DNA of 64,000 nt from Candidatus Cloacimonadota bacterium. Its GTDB lineage: Bacteria > Cloacimonadota > Cloacimonadia > G963667145. The notes beneath the pieces are model-generated. The model worked only from the letters and a program-made list of their open reading frames with translations. It was not told where the DNA came from and did not search any database. This document shows, piece by piece, positions 36,992 to 49,106 of this stretch. Location of the stretch: positions 672,001 to 736,000 of the forward strand of contig OY781092.1 in the NCBI GenBank assembly GCA_963676615.1, given 5' to 3'. Position 1 is the first letter of the stretch. Each line of letters begins with the position of its first letter. The translations under genes and the position numbers were made by a program.

Positions 36992-37087
36992 TTATTTGTT
37001 TTTCTTTTTGTGTCTATCTTTACGAAGTCTTTTTTTTCTTTTGTGAGTGCTAATTTTACTTCTTTTTCTTTTTCTTCCGCAAGGCAT
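36992..37087 (-). CDS. 31-aa basic protein, ribosomal protein bS22-like (AURKAIP1/COX24 domain); not in ORF track
   Basis: Hand translation MPCGRKRKRSKISTHKRKKRLRKDRHKKKNK*; AGGAG ribosome-binding site. Confidence 0.85.
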   Translation of the reverse strand: MPCGRKRKRSKISTHKRKKRLRKDRHKKKNK

Positions 37088-37103
37088 TATCATCTACTCC
37101 TAA

Positions 37104-37400
37104 TTAAGATTTATTACTGTTAATCACATCTTCTTTAAAAGATTTTGAAAACTTAAAAGTCGGCACAACGCGAGTCGGAATATCGACCTCTACCCCAGTT
37201 TTTGGGTTTCTGCCAATGCCCGCTTTTCTCACTTTATTTCTGAAAGTTCCAAACCCTCTAATCTCAATGTGGCTCCCTTCTTTCAGGCTCTCAATAGTTG
37301 ACTCCAAAAAAGCGTCGACCACTATCGCAACATCTTTTCTAATAATTCCTGTATCTCTAGAAATTTTTTGAACTAAGTTTGCTTTTGTCATTTTCATCAT
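37104..37400 (-). CDS. HU/IHF-family DNA-binding protein
   Basis: MTKANL, IEIRGFGTF, GRNPKTG, PTFKFS. Confidence 0.93.
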   Translation of the reverse strand: MMKMTKANLVQKISRDTGIIRKDVAIVVDAFLESTIESLKEGSHIEIRGFGTFRNKVRKAGIGRNPKTGVEVDIPTRVVPTFKFSKSFKEDVINSNKS

Positions 37401-37490
37401 CCTTATATCTAATCTCTTTCAACTCAACTTTTTATCTACCCCCATTCTGTCAAGAATAAAAAAGCTTGAGCGTTTTTTTTTGCCTAAAAT

Positions 37491-38405
37491 TTAGTGTTTA
37501 TCCAAAAAAGTTGCCAAAGCGATTGAATACAATTTCGTTTGAGTGCTGTCGCCTCTGGAAGCTAAAACGCAAGGAACACTAGTGCCCATCACCACTGCGG
37601 CAAAACCAGCGCCTGTAAATTTGCAAACTGTTTTATAAAAAACATTTCCCGCTTCAATAGCATTAAACAGCAGGCAGTCCGCATCGCCAGCCACTTCCGA
37701 CTTCACGCCTTTGATATCTGCTGACTCTTTGTCTATCGCCACATCCAGCGCCAAAGGTCCGTCGATTATGCAGTTTTTGATTTGCCCACGATCCGCCATT
37801 TTGGAGAGCATCGCCGCTTCCACGCAAGACGGAATTTTGTGTTGCATCTTCTCGATAGCCGCTATCGGCGCAATTTTTGGTTTTTCAATTCCCAAAGCTC
37901 TGGCAAATTTTGTCAGATAGTTCGCCATAGCCACTTTTTGCTCAAAAGTCGGCGCAGGGATTACCGCTCCGTCGGAAAACATCAGCAATTTGTGATACGC
38001 AGGAATTTCGGCAACTCCGATGTGCGACAACACAGATTTGGGCGGCAAAAGCCCCTTTTCTTTGTCCAAAATCGCCCGCAAATAATTATCGGAAGAGATC
38101 AATCCTTTCATAATAATATCGCCCTTCCCCTCTCGTATCAGAGCCACAGCTCGTCTGCCAGCGGTAACTTCGTCCGGTTCGTTGACAATTGTGTAAATTT
38201 TTGGATCGATATTATCTTGTTCACATACTTCCAAAATTTTGCTCTTGTCTCCCACCAAAGTCACTTCCACAATCCCCATTTTGATGGCTTTGCTGGTCGC
38301 CTCTATCGAGTGCGAATCTTGCCCAAAAGCCACTACCAGCCTTTTTTTTGTGGTCGTTTTTGCAGCCTCTTCCATCGCCATTTCCAAACTTGTAATCGGT
38401 TTCAT
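37491..38405 (-). CDS. ptb: Phosphate butyryl/acyltransferase
   Basis: IMKG, DGPLALDVA, EAGN.FYK, LASRGDS. Confidence 0.85.
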   Translation of the reverse strand: MKPITSLEMAMEEAAKTTTKKRLVVAFGQDSHSIEATSKAIKMGIVEVTLVGDKSKILEVCEQDNIDPKIYTIVNEPDEVTAGRRAVALIREGKGDIIMKGLISSDNYLRAILDKEKGLLPPKSVLSHIGVAEIPAYHKLLMFSDGAVIPAPTFEQKVAMANYLTKFARALGIEKPKIAPIAAIEKMQHKIPSCVEAAMLSKMADRGQIKNCIIDGPLALDVAIDKESADIKGVKSEVAGDADCLLFNAIEAGNVFYKTVCKFTGAGFAAVVMGTSVPCVLASRGDSTQTKLYSIALATFLDKH

Positions 38406-38546
38406 CTATCTCTACCTCATCTAAATTTTATTCTACTAGACAATGAACAAAAGCGTTTAGCCGTGTCAACGAAAAAAAACAAACAGCAAAAAAAACACTC
38501 CAAAAAAATTAATTTTTGAAGTGTTTGAATTTTAAAATTTGAATGC

Positions 38547-39776
38547 TTAAATCAACGCCAATAAAACTCCCGCAGCTACCGCAGAGCCAATCACGCCAGC
38601 GACATTAGGTCCCATTGCGTGCATCAGCAAAAAGTTCGAGCGATTCTCCATTTGTCCGACTTTGTTCACCACTCTGGCTGCCATCGGCACAGCAGAAACT
38701 CCCGCAGCACCAATCAGCGGATTTACTTTGCCGCCGCTAATCTTGCACATCAATTTACCCAGCAAAACGCCAGCTGTCGTTCCTACAATAAAAGCCACAA
38801 GCCCCAAAAACAAAATGCAGATTGTGTTGAAGTTCAAAAAATTGCCCGCAGCCAATTTGCTGCCAACTCCGAGTCCCAAAAAAATCGTTACGATGTTCAT
38901 AAGCTCGTTTTGAGCCGCTTTGCTAAGGCGTTCCACAACTCCGCACTCCTTGAGCAAATTGCCCAAAGTAATCATTCCGATCAGCGGAGTGGCAGACGGC
39001 AAAAATAACGCGCACACAGCCAGCAAAATCAGAGGGAACAAAACTTTCTCGATTTTTTTCACAGGTCGCAAAGTTTTCATATGTATCGACCTTTCCTCTT
39101 TAGTTGTGAAAAATTTCATAATCGGCGGCTGAATAATCGGCACCAAAGCCATATACGAATAAGCCGCAACGGCGATAGGTCCCAGCAGTTCGGGCTTTAG
39201 ACGAGAAGTCACAAAAATCGAAGTTGGTCCATCTGCTCCACCGATAATGCCGATCGAGCCAGCGGCTGCCAAATCGAAGCCGTGAAAACCAAGAGCTGGA
39301 ATTGGCGGCAAAAGCAACGCTCCAAGCAAAGCAAAGAAAATGCCAAACTGTGCCGCAGCTCCCAAAAGCAAAGTTTTCGGATTGGCAATCAGCGGTCCAA
39401 AATCGGTCATCGCCCCTATTCCCATAAAAATAAGAAGCGGAAAAACACCAGTTTTGATGCCAATATCATACACATACCGCAAAATGCCCTGAGCCTCCAT
39501 AAAGCCCGCAAAAGGGATGTTCGCCAAAATCGCGCCAAAAGCCATCGGCACCAAAATAAGCGGCTCGAACTCCTTCTCGATGCCCAAATAAAGCAAAACC
39601 AGTCCGACGCCAATCATCACCAGATTTTTCCAGCCTCCACAATCGAAAAACCCTTTTATTCCAGAGCCTTCGTAAAGTTGAGCAAATCCGTTAGCGATAG
39701 AAAAATCTTGATTTGCAAAAAGTGAGGCGCAAGTTAAAATCAAAAACAACGCAACTGTAATTTTTTTTAAATTCAT
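38547..39776 (-). CDS. oadB: Na+-translocating decarboxylase beta subunit
   Basis: [49 protein letters not shown]. Confidence 0.93.
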   Translation of the reverse strand: MNLKKITVALFLILTCASLFANQDFSIANGFAQLYEGSGIKGFFDCGGWKNLVMIGVGLVLLYLGIEKEFEPLILVPMAFGAILANIPFAGFMEAQGILRYVYDIGIKTGVFPLLIFMGIGAMTDFGPLIANPKTLLLGAAAQFGIFFALLGALLLPPIPALGFHGFDLAAAGSIGIIGGADGPTSIFVTSRLKPELLGPIAVAAYSYMALVPIIQPPIMKFFTTKEERSIHMKTLRPVKKIEKVLFPLILLAVCALFLPSATPLIGMITLGNLLKECGVVERLSKAAQNELMNIVTIFLGLGVGSKLAAGNFLNFNTICILFLGLVAFIVGTTAGVLLGKLMCKISGGKVNPLIGAAGVSAVPMAARVVNKVGQMENRSNFLLMHAMGPNVAGVIGSAVAAGVLLALI

Positions 39777-39799
39777 AAATAAAACCTTGAAAAAATCAA

Positions 39800-41635
39800 T
39801 TATCCGATAACAAAAAGAGGGTCGCCCTCGGCTACGGTGTCTCCTTTGTTTACCAAAATCTCTTTGATAACTCCAGCAGATTCGGCAAAAATATCGTTCT
39901 CCATTTTCATTGCCTCAAGCACCAAAACCACGGTGTCTTCGCTAACTTGATCGCCAACAGAAACGCTGATAGAAGCGATTTGCCCAGCAATCGGAGACGC
40001 AACTTTGTTGCCAGAAGCGCTGCTGACAGGAGCACTCGGCGCAGGTTTAGCTGGGGCAGCTGGCTTCACAGGAGCTTTTGGCGCAGCCTTTGGAGCCGAA
40101 ACCACAGGCTTTACCGAAGCCGCACTTCCGCTAGGTCTTACATTTACACTATATTCTTTTCCGTTCACCGTTACGATTAAATTTTCTGCCATTTTTTCTC
40201 CTTTGGAAGAGTTAGATTTTTCAGATTTCACATCATTTTCTTTGTAATATATCGCCTCTTTTGCCTCACCTTTCAAAAAAGCAACGCCTTTTTCTTTGCA
40301 AGTGGCAGCGATAAAAATATTTTCTTGAGTCTCTTTAATGTTGTTCTCTTGCAACATCTTTTTTGCCGCTGGAACGCCATCGCTCAAAATATCCAGCGGT
40401 TTGCCACTGAACGGAGGCTTCTTTAGCTGTTTTTCGGCAAGAGCAACAATCTCCGCATCGGCTGGTCTTGGCGTTGAACCAAAATAGCCAAGCACCATAT
40501 TGCCATAGCCGTCGGTGATTTTCTTCCAACGACCTTGGGTGACATTCACAAAAGCTTGCTGGAAATAGAACTGGCTCACGGGCGTAACGCTAGTGCCGAA
40601 ACCGCCCTTTGCCACCACCTCTGCCATCTCGTCGATAACCTGCGGGAAAAGATGCAAAGTTTTGGTGTCGCGCATCATCATCGTATTGGCTGTCAAAGCT
40701 CCACCTGGCATCGGCGAGAGCACAATGTTCGCCGCAGTTTGTTTCGCCTCAAGCGGCATCATATATTTACTCATACAATCTTCAAAAACTTTGCGAGACT
40801 GCAAAAGTTTTTTGTAATCTACATCCAGCGTGTAATCTGTGCCCTTTAAGATGTGCCAAATCGACAAAATATCTGGCTGACCCGTTCCACCAGAAACTGG
40901 CGATTGTGCGACATCGATGCCGTCGATACCCGCTTCGATAGCCGCCATTATGCAGTTTGTGCCGATTCCTGCCGTTGCGTGAGTGTGAAACCACAAAGTC
41001 GCTTTGTCGCCCAACTTTTGGCGAGCTTGTTTCACCGTCTCAAAGACGATTTTTGGCGGACAAGTTCCCGAAGCGTCCTTGAAAACCAAAGAGTCAAACG
41101 GAATATTTTTCGCCAAAATCTCGTCTAGTTTCTCCATATAAAACTTTGCGGTGTGCACGCCCGAGTCGATTAAGCCGGGAGCTAGCCCCATCAAAGTAAT
41201 CGTTATTTGGTGATGCAACCCTTCGCCAGAGATGCAATTTCCAGAATAGTTCAGGTTCTCCATATCGTTCAGAGCGTCAAAGTTTCTGATGTGCGTGGTT
41301 CCGTGCTTTTTGAAAAGTTGAGCGTGCATTTTGATGATATCTTTGGGCTGTTGCGAGAGTCCGACAACATTTATACCCCGTGCCAAAGTTTGCAGTTTCA
41401 CCTTCGGTCCAACGGTCTTGCGCACTTTGTCCATCATATCAAAAGCGCTTTCGTTACAATAAAAAAAGAGACTCTGAAATCTGGCTCCTCCGCCAAACTC
41501 AAAGTGCTCTATGCCCGCTTCCACCGACGCCTTGATGGCTGGCAAAAAATCTTCGGTCTTAACCCTAGCACCATATACAGACTGGAAACCATCCCGAAAG
41601 GATGTGTCCATAAACTTTATTTTTTTCAACGACAT
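39800..41635 (-). CDS. oadA: Oxaloacetate decarboxylase alpha subunit (carboxyltransferase plus biotin carrier)
   Basis: [28 protein letters not shown], Ala/Pro linker, EAMKM. Confidence 0.85.
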   Translation of the reverse strand: MSLKKIKFMDTSFRDGFQSVYGARVKTEDFLPAIKASVEAGIEHFEFGGGARFQSLFFYCNESAFDMMDKVRKTVGPKVKLQTLARGINVVGLSQQPKDIIKMHAQLFKKHGTTHIRNFDALNDMENLNYSGNCISGEGLHHQITITLMGLAPGLIDSGVHTAKFYMEKLDEILAKNIPFDSLVFKDASGTCPPKIVFETVKQARQKLGDKATLWFHTHATAGIGTNCIMAAIEAGIDGIDVAQSPVSGGTGQPDILSIWHILKGTDYTLDVDYKKLLQSRKVFEDCMSKYMMPLEAKQTAANIVLSPMPGGALTANTMMMRDTKTLHLFPQVIDEMAEVVAKGGFGTSVTPVSQFYFQQAFVNVTQGRWKKITDGYGNMVLGYFGSTPRPADAEIVALAEKQLKKPPFSGKPLDILSDGVPAAKKMLQENNIKETQENIFIAATCKEKGVAFLKGEAKEAIYYKENDVKSEKSNSSKGEKMAENLIVTVNGKEYSVNVRPSGSAASVKPVVSAPKAAPKAPVKPAAPAKPAPSAPVSSASGNKVASPIAGQIASISVSVGDQVSEDTVVLVLEAMKMENDIFAESAGVIKEILVNKGDTVAEGDPLFVIG

Positions 41636-41653
41636 TAAACTCACCTTTTCCTT

Positions 41654-41881
41654 TTAATTTTTACAATACCACGCAGCCGCGCTAATCACAGCCGCCAGCT
41701 CCTGCTCACTGGAACTTTCGTCCTCTTTTTCGCCCGACACAAGCAAAGGCTCGGGATTAAACTTGAGGTGAAATTTGTGAATCAGCGCCGTGCTAATTGT
41801 CATCGACAAATAAATTATCATCAAAAAAGCGAAGACGATAATCATTCCCAAAATCATAATATTAAGACCGTCAATAAACAT
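41654..41881 (-). CDS. oadG: Decarboxylase gamma subunit
   Basis: GM.IVF.FL TM helix and AAVISAA tail; first gene of G-A-B order. Confidence 0.8.
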   Translation of the reverse strand: MFIDGLNIMILGMIIVFAFLMIIYLSMTISTALIHKFHLKFNPEPLLVSGEKEDESSSEQELAAVISAAAWYCKN

Positions 41882-41991
41882 TACTACTCCTAATTACTTT
41901 TTCCCATAAATTTTTAACGCCAAAAAAATTGTCAAACGATTTTACTTAATAATTTTGCAAAATTTTGGTTTTCGGCAAATTTGCTTTTCCT

Positions 41992-42669
41992 TTAAAGAAA
42001 AAAATAGCCCAAAATGCCTGCGATCAGCAAAGCTGGCAACATATTGGCGATAGCCAACTTTTTCACCTCCAAAATCGTAAGCCCGAGTCCCAAGAGGATA
42101 ACGCCTCCCACAGCTCCAATCTGCTCAATGACAGCCTCTGGCAAAAAATCGCCATAGTAAAAAACAAGCGCCGTGAGCAGCCCTTGCACCAAAAAAATCG
42201 CAAAAGCAGAAAAAATCACGCCTCTGCCAAAAGAAGCCGCCAGCACAATCGAGACCGTGCCGTCCATAATCGCCTTGGTATAATACAGCGTCGGTGTGCG
42301 GCCGCAGCCCTCTTCTATCGCACCCAAAATCACCATCGAGCCCGTGCAAAAAAGCAAAGTTGAGGTGATAAATCCTTGCACAAAATGGCTGCCCTCTCCG
42401 CCAACTTTCGTGTGCAAAAAAGCCGCAAAGCGATCCAAAAGTTTTTGCACACCCACAATTTGCCCCAAAATCGCTCCCAAAACCAGCGAAAGCACCATCA
42501 GCAAAACGCTCTGCCCCTGCAGCGCCATCTTCACGCCCAGATAAACGACAAAAATTCCCATCACCTGAAAAATTATCTCGGTCGATTTTTTGGAGAGCTT
42601 CGATTTGAGCAAAATTCCCAAAACGCTGCCAATCAAAACCGTTGCCGTGTTTACCAAAGTCCCTGTCAT
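41992..42669 (-). CDS. DUF554-family membrane protein
   Basis: GTLVN, GFITSTLLFCTGSM.ILG, KAIMDG, ANMLPAL. Confidence 0.88.
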   Translation of the reverse strand: MTGTLVNTATVLIGSVLGILLKSKLSKKSTEIIFQVMGIFVVYLGVKMALQGQSVLLMVLSLVLGAILGQIVGVQKLLDRFAAFLHTKVGGEGSHFVQGFITSTLLFCTGSMVILGAIEEGCGRTPTLYYTKAIMDGTVSIVLAASFGRGVIFSAFAIFLVQGLLTALVFYYGDFLPEAVIEQIGAVGGVILLGLGLTILEVKKLAIANMLPALLIAGILGYFFL

Positions 42670-43577
42670 TATCTTGCCTCTTTTTGCAAAGCCAACTGCA
42701 CGATTTTTTCCACCAATTGCTCAAAGCTAAGCCCCACAGCCTTTGCCGCCATCGGCACCAAAGAGGTCGCCGTCATTCCAGGCAAAGTGTTGATTTCCAA
42801 AAAGTAAAACTTCTTGCCATCGTAAATAAAATCGACACGAGAATAGCCTTGCGCCCCGACAATCTTGTGCACCAAAAGCGCTAGCCGTTGCACCTCTTGC
42901 GCTTGCTCCGCGTCCAATTCGGCGGGCACAATATATTCCGTGCAACCTTTGGTGTATTTATTTTCGTAATCAAAAAAGCCGCTTTTTGGCTTAATCTCGA
43001 TAGTCGGCAAAGCGTCTTCACCCAAAATCGAGACGGTCAACTCTCTGCCAGCGATAAGCTCTTGACAAATCGCCGAAGAACTGCACGCAAGCGCCTCTTG
43101 CAGCGCATTCGGCAAATCTTTGGCGTGATTAACCATCGAAATTCCCACAGACGAACCCGCATCGTTCGGCTTGACCACCGCTGGCAAAAATTCAAAACTT
43201 TGGCACTCCTCCACCGAAAAAAACAGCTTGCCCATCGCAATCGGGACACCGTAGGAGCTGACCAGCCTCTCGCAAAGAAATTTATCCATCGCCACTGCAC
43301 AAGATTTGGAGTTTGAGCCCGTAAACGGAATTTTTTCTAACTCCAAAAGCGCCTGCAATTGCCCATTTTCGCCCTCGCCTCCGTGCAAAGCCAAAAACAC
43401 CAAATCGCTTTTTTGCTCCTTAATCTTTGCAATCAAACCAAAATACGAAAACTCAGCAGGATCTAGCAAAAACACCGTATGTCCCAGATTTTCCAAAGCT
43501 TTGGCTATCGCCAGCCCACTTTTTTCCGAAACCTCTTTTTCGGGCGAACGCCCTTTATATAAAACTGTTATTTTCAA
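42669..43577 (-). CDS. ddl: D-alanine--D-alanine ligase
   Basis: S.EKEVS, LHGGEGE.G, GSSVG, FFDYENKY, EINTLPGMT. Confidence 0.93.
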   Translation of the reverse strand: MKITVLYKGRSPEKEVSEKSGLAIAKALENLGHTVFLLDPAEFSYFGLIAKIKEQKSDLVFLALHGGEGENGQLQALLELEKIPFTGSNSKSCAVAMDKFLCERLVSSYGVPIAMGKLFFSVEECQSFEFLPAVVKPNDAGSSVGISMVNHAKDLPNALQEALACSSSAICQELIAGRELTVSILGEDALPTIEIKPKSGFFDYENKYTKGCTEYIVPAELDAEQAQEVQRLALLVHKIVGAQGYSRVDFIYDGKKFYFLEINTLPGMTATSLVPMAAKAVGLSFEQLVEKIVQLALQKEAR

Positions 43578-43668
43578 CTTTTCTCTCCAAAAATTATCTA
43601 AAAATCAAGGTTTTGGTTAGCCCCTCTAAACTACAAGTTTTTTTTACTTTTTTACTTTAAAAGCACAC

Positions 43669-43703
43669 AAAAAAAGGCTGAAAACCGAAGCTCTCAGCCT
43701 TTT
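43669..43703 (-). terminator. groEL intrinsic terminator
   Basis: AAAAGGCTGA...TCAGCCTTTT inverted repeat. Confidence 0.75.
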
Positions 43704-43725
43704 GACTTAAAAACATTGTAAAAAA

Positions 43726-45381
<1,656 letters not shown>

Positions 45382-45395
45382 CTAAAATTCGTTTT

Positions 45396-45422
45396 TTAGC
45401 AATCGAATGATTATAGTGCTAA
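45396..45422. promoter_or_regulatory. CIRCE (HrcA operator)
   Basis: TTAGCAATC-N9-TAGTGCTAA versus consensus TTAGCACTC-N9-GAGTGCTAA, one mismatch per arm, between the groEL -35 (45443-45448) and its ribosome-binding site. Confidence 0.88.
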
Positions 45423-45471
45423 TTTTTTTATCCAAATTATGATGTCAAATATTTTTTTCATTTTTTGACCA

Positions 45472-45518
45472 TAAAAAAATCTGTCTCCAAACTTTTATCA
45501 AGTTTTGAAAACAGATAA
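45472..45518 (-). terminator. Terminator-like hairpin after tRNA pair
   Basis: Imperfect inverted repeat ATCTGTCTCCAAACTT...AAGTTTTGAAACAGAT with minus-strand U-tract. Confidence 0.55.
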
Positions 45519-45532
45519 ATCTTGTTATAAAA

Positions 45533-45608
45533 TGGTACTCCCGTAGGGATTCGAACCCTAGACCCACTGATTAAGAGTCAGTTGCTCTACCAACTGAGCT
45601 ACGGAAGC
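45533..45608 (-). tRNA. tRNA-Lys(CTT)
   Basis: GCTTCCGTAGCTCAGTTGGTAGAGC...CTCTTAA...GGTTCGAATCC...ACCA; 76 nt with encoded CCA. Confidence 0.95.
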
Positions 45609-45619
45609 ACAACAAAAAA

Positions 45620-45695
45620 TGGCATCCCGTAGGGGAGTTGAACCCCTGTTACCGGCGTGAGAGGCCAGCGTCCTAGACCACTAGACGAACGGGAC
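45620..45695 (-). tRNA. tRNA-Glu(CTC)
   Basis: GTCCCGTTCGTCTAGTGGTCTAGGAC...CTCTCAC...GGTTCAACTCC...GCCA. Confidence 0.95.
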
Positions 45696-45816
45696 AATTA
45701 AACTTTCAATCGTAACGGCAATATTTTCTCGCCTGATTTTATGTCAAACTTTTTTATCCACTTCCACTTCAACAAAAAAAAAAGAGCCATGAAAAACACG
45801 GCTCCTCAAAACAAAA

Positions 45817-46329
45817 CTACTTAATCCGCAAAAGCGAACCAGCTCTAATCAGATTTTTATTCGGCAGATTGTTCAAATCGACCAAAACCTCCTGACTTTT
45901 GTGCACCTGCTGGGCAATTCCCGAGAGATTATCACCAATATCCACCTTGTAATAGTTCCCCGCAACACCAGCTTTTTTCTTCACCATCGGCAACTTCAGC
46001 GTTTTGCCAACAGGAATAACTTTCGGGTCAGAAATGCCGTTGAGGTCTGCCACTTGCCAGATATACATATCGTTTTTCAGGCACAAATCGTATAGATTAT
46101 CGCCCGCTTTCACATCATAACTTTCTGTCTCTTTGATAACGACCTCTTCCACAGCAACCTCTTGATCCGCTTCGTTCGAGACAATGTCTTCCACGACAAC
46201 CGTCCGTTCAGCCTGATTTTGTTCAACCTCCACAATCACCTCTTCTTTCAAAGGCTCTTCGACAGGTTTTTTAGCCGCACAACCAATCAGCAAAGCAACA
46301 ACCGCCAAAAACATAAAAATCTTTTTCAT
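45817..46329 (-). CDS. Lipoprotein with two LysM domains
   Basis: Lipobox LIGC; YDVKAGDNL...LNGI...G..LKLP and YKVDIGDNLSGIA...LNNL...LIRAG. Confidence 0.88.
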   Translation of the reverse strand: MKKIFMFLAVVALLIGCAAKKPVEEPLKEEVIVEVEQNQAERTVVVEDIVSNEADQEVAVEEVVIKETESYDVKAGDNLYDLCLKNDMYIWQVADLNGISDPKVIPVGKTLKLPMVKKKAGVAGNYYKVDIGDNLSGIAQQVHKSQEVLVDLNNLPNKNLIRAGSLLRIK

Positions 46330-46386
46330 TCCTTCCTCCATTTTTAATAGCACAATTACAAAAATTTAATCCAATGTCAAGCCTTT

Positions 46387-47403
46387 TTAGACAGGCTCAA
46401 TCCAACCATCTGGGTCGGCAATCTCGCCAAATTGAATCCCCGTGAGCGTGTTGTAAAGCTCTGTGGTGACAGGTCCGACCTCCGTTTGCGAATAAAATGT
46501 ATGCAGCTCGTTTTTGTAATGAACTGCCCCTATTGGCGTAATCACCGCCGCAGTTCCGCACGCTCCAGCCTCTTTAAACTCCGCCAAATTGTCGATAAAG
46601 ACATCGCGTTCTTCGACCTCCATTCCCAATTTATTTTTAGCCAAATAAAGCAAAGATTTTTTGGTAATGCTGGGCAAAATCGACGGCGATTTCGGCGTTA
46701 CGAACTTATCGTCTTGCGTGATTCCAAAAAAGTTAGCAGCTCCGACCTCCTCTATCTTCGTGTGCGTAGCTGGATCCAAGTAGATACAATCGGCAAATCC
46801 GCCTTTTGCACTGATTTGGTGCGGAAGCATACTTGCGGCATAATTTCCGCCAACTTTTACAGCTCCCGTGCCAGCTGGCGCCGCGCGGTCGTATTCCGAA
46901 ATGTCAAAATTCACTGGCGTGAGTCCGCCCTTAAAATACGCACCCACAGGCAAACAAAAAACGCAAAAAACGAACTCTGGCGCAGGCTTCACCCCAATAT
47001 TCGGTCCATCGCCAAACAAAAACGGACGAATATACAAAGTCGCCCCACTGCCATACGGCGGCACAAACTCCGCGTTCTCTCTGACCACCTCTTTGCACGC
47101 CTGCACAAACCGCTCCACAGGAAACTCCGGCATCAGCGTCCTCTGACAGCTGGTAATCATCCGCTTGGCGTTCTCCTGCGGACGAAACAGCACAATCTTG
47201 CCCTCTTTTGTTGAATAAGCCTTCAACCCTTCAAAACAAGACTGTCCATAATGCAGCGCCGTTGCCGCCACATGAATGCTCAAATGCTCGCCGTCCACCA
47301 TCTCGCCCTTGCCCCATTGCCCGTCTTTGTAGCGACAAACAAACATCTTCTTCGCCTTTCTATACTCAAATCCCAGATTGCTCCAATCGATTTTTTCACT
47401 CAT
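46387..47403 (-). CDS. ilvE: Branched-chain amino acid aminotransferase
   Basis: LHYGQSCFEGLKAY, LYIRP, KVGGNYA, EEVGAANFF, CGTAAVI. Confidence 0.95.
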   Translation of the reverse strand: MSEKIDWSNLGFEYRKAKKMFVCRYKDGQWGKGEMVDGEHLSIHVAATALHYGQSCFEGLKAYSTKEGKIVLFRPQENAKRMITSCQRTLMPEFPVERFVQACKEVVRENAEFVPPYGSGATLYIRPFLFGDGPNIGVKPAPEFVFCVFCLPVGAYFKGGLTPVNFDISEYDRAAPAGTGAVKVGGNYAASMLPHQISAKGGFADCIYLDPATHTKIEEVGAANFFGITQDDKFVTPKSPSILPSITKKSLLYLAKNKLGMEVEERDVFIDNLAEFKEAGACGTAAVITPIGAVHYKNELHTFYSQTEVGPVTTELYNTLTGIQFGEIADPDGWIEPV

Positions 47404-47459
47404 TTTGTCCCCCAATATTTAAATTTACACCATTTTTAAAATTTCTAAAAACTCTATCT

Positions 47460-48317
47460 TTACAACAGCCCCAAATTTTCTTTGCCAAACTCGTAAACCT
47501 TTCCGCAAAAGTGACAAGTAGCCTTAATCTTCCCCTTTTCCTGCAAAATCTGCTCAATCTCCTTTTTCGGCAAAAGCTTTATCCCGCTTTTGAACCGCTC
47601 CTGATTACAATCACACTCATATTTCACAGGAGTTTCCGCCAAAATTTGCGGGTCGTCAACAACAAACTTTTTCAAAATCTCGCTAACCGAGTAGCCCATA
47701 TCCATCAAATCTGTGAAATTAGGGAACTTCCGCATTTTCTCTTCCAACCGCAAAATCACCGACTCGTCGGCATCTGGCGAAAGCTGAACGATAAATCCGC
47801 CAGACTGCAAAATCTCCGCTTTTTCGTTTATCAACACACCCAAAACCACCACCGAAGCCACCTGCTCCGACTGCTGCAAAAGGTGCGCAATATCTTGCGC
47901 AATCTCCGAAGTTTGCAGCTGCACCTGCCCCTGATACGGCGCTTTCAGCCCTTCATCTCTGACGATGCTCAAAAAACCTCTACCCACAGCTTTTGGAATA
48001 TCGAAGCCTTTGCCCGAGGCTCGCACCACCTCTTTTTCGGGATTGGAAATCGTGCCTTTCACTTTGCCGTCTTGGCTTGCCACCACTGTCGCTTTTCCAA
48101 GAGGTCCGTCGGCACTCACCCGCAAAGTCAACTTATTGCGAGCGTTTTTCATTTGTGAGCCCAAAAGCAAACCCGCACTCAAAAGCCTGCCCAGCGTTAC
48201 GCTAGCGGTTATCGATAAATTGTGCAACTGCTGCGCTCGACGCACAACCTCGGTGCAATCGACCGCCATAAAATTCAAGCCGTCGCCTGTTCCTCTAATC
48301 AAAACATCCATTTTCAA
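47460..48317 (-). CDS. hslO: Hsp33 redox chaperone
   Basis: PYQGQV.L, SEQ, GGFIVQL.P, CxC...CxxC. Confidence 0.92.
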   Translation of the reverse strand: MKMDVLIRGTGDGLNFMAVDCTEVVRRAQQLHNLSITASVTLGRLLSAGLLLGSQMKNARNKLTLRVSADGPLGKATVVASQDGKVKGTISNPEKEVVRASGKGFDIPKAVGRGFLSIVRDEGLKAPYQGQVQLQTSEIAQDIAHLLQQSEQVASVVVLGVLINEKAEILQSGGFIVQLSPDADESVILRLEEKMRKFPNFTDLMDMGYSVSEILKKFVVDDPQILAETPVKYECDCNQERFKSGIKLLPKKEIEQILQEKGKIKATCHFCGKVYEFGKENLGLL

Positions 48318-48325
48318 AAAAATCC

Positions 48326-49105
48326 TTATCCTAAATTTTGATACAACTTAATAATCTCAAAAAGTTCGTCCAGTTGCGAAAAATCGAGCATCGTGCTGGC
48401 GTCGCACAAAGCTTTTTTCGGGCTCGGATGCGCCTCCACAAAAAGCCCTGCAACCGCTCCAGTAGCAAGGGCAGCTCTGGCTAGCGGCAAAGCATATTCT
48501 GGCGTCCCTCCGCTGATTTTGCCCAACGAGGGCTCTTGCATCGAATGCGTAACATCGTAAACCACTGGAAAATCAAGCGCTTTCATCTTGATAAAATTAC
48601 GAAAATCAACCACCAAATTATGATAGCCAAAACTCGTTCCTCTTTCGGTGAGCAAAATCTTTCGATTCTCGCCACATTTTTCGATCGCCCCCTGCAAATC
48701 TTCTGCCGCCATAAATTGCGCCTTTTTAATATTCACAATCTTGCCCGTTGCCGCTGCCGCCTGCAAAAGCGCCGTCTGACGCGACAAAAAAGCTGGAATT
48801 TGCAAAATATCGGCAACTTCCGCCGCTGGTTGCGCCTGCTCTGGCAGATGAATATCGGTAACTATCGACACGCCAAACTCTTGCTTGATTTTTTGCAAAT
48901 CGGCAAGCCCTTTTTCGAGCCCAGGACCTTGATAAGAGTCAGAACTGGTGCGGTTCGCCTTCTCAAAAGACGCCTTAAAAATCACAGGGCAAGGAGCGTT
49001 TTGCACAAGATAATCGGCAACCCTTTTACCCATCTCCAAATTCTCCAAAACGCACGGACCAGCCAGCAAAAATTTCTCTTTTTTTAACACGCCATAATCT
49101 ATCAT
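48326..49105 (-). CDS. kdsA: KDO-8-phosphate synthase
   Basis: AGPCV.E, KASFEKANRTS, QIPAFL, ERG, D.THS, E.HP.P. Confidence 0.93.
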   Translation of the reverse strand: MIDYGVLKKEKFLLAGPCVLENLEMGKRVADYLVQNAPCPVIFKASFEKANRTSSDSYQGPGLEKGLADLQKIKQEFGVSIVTDIHLPEQAQPAAEVADILQIPAFLSRQTALLQAAAATGKIVNIKKAQFMAAEDLQGAIEKCGENRKILLTERGTSFGYHNLVVDFRNFIKMKALDFPVVYDVTHSMQEPSLGKISGGTPEYALPLARAALATGAVAGLFVEAHPSPKKALCDASTMLDFSQLDELFEIIKLYQNLG

Positions 49106-49106
49106 A

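Noticed and set aside
37045..37053. GAGTGCTAA, a perfect CIRCE half-site
   Set aside because: No partner arm at 9-nt spacing; it lies inside the bS22-like coding sequence.
45533..45695. tRNA pair as an integration site
   Set aside because: No duplicated tRNA 3' end or integrase nearby; both flanks are housekeeping-type genes.
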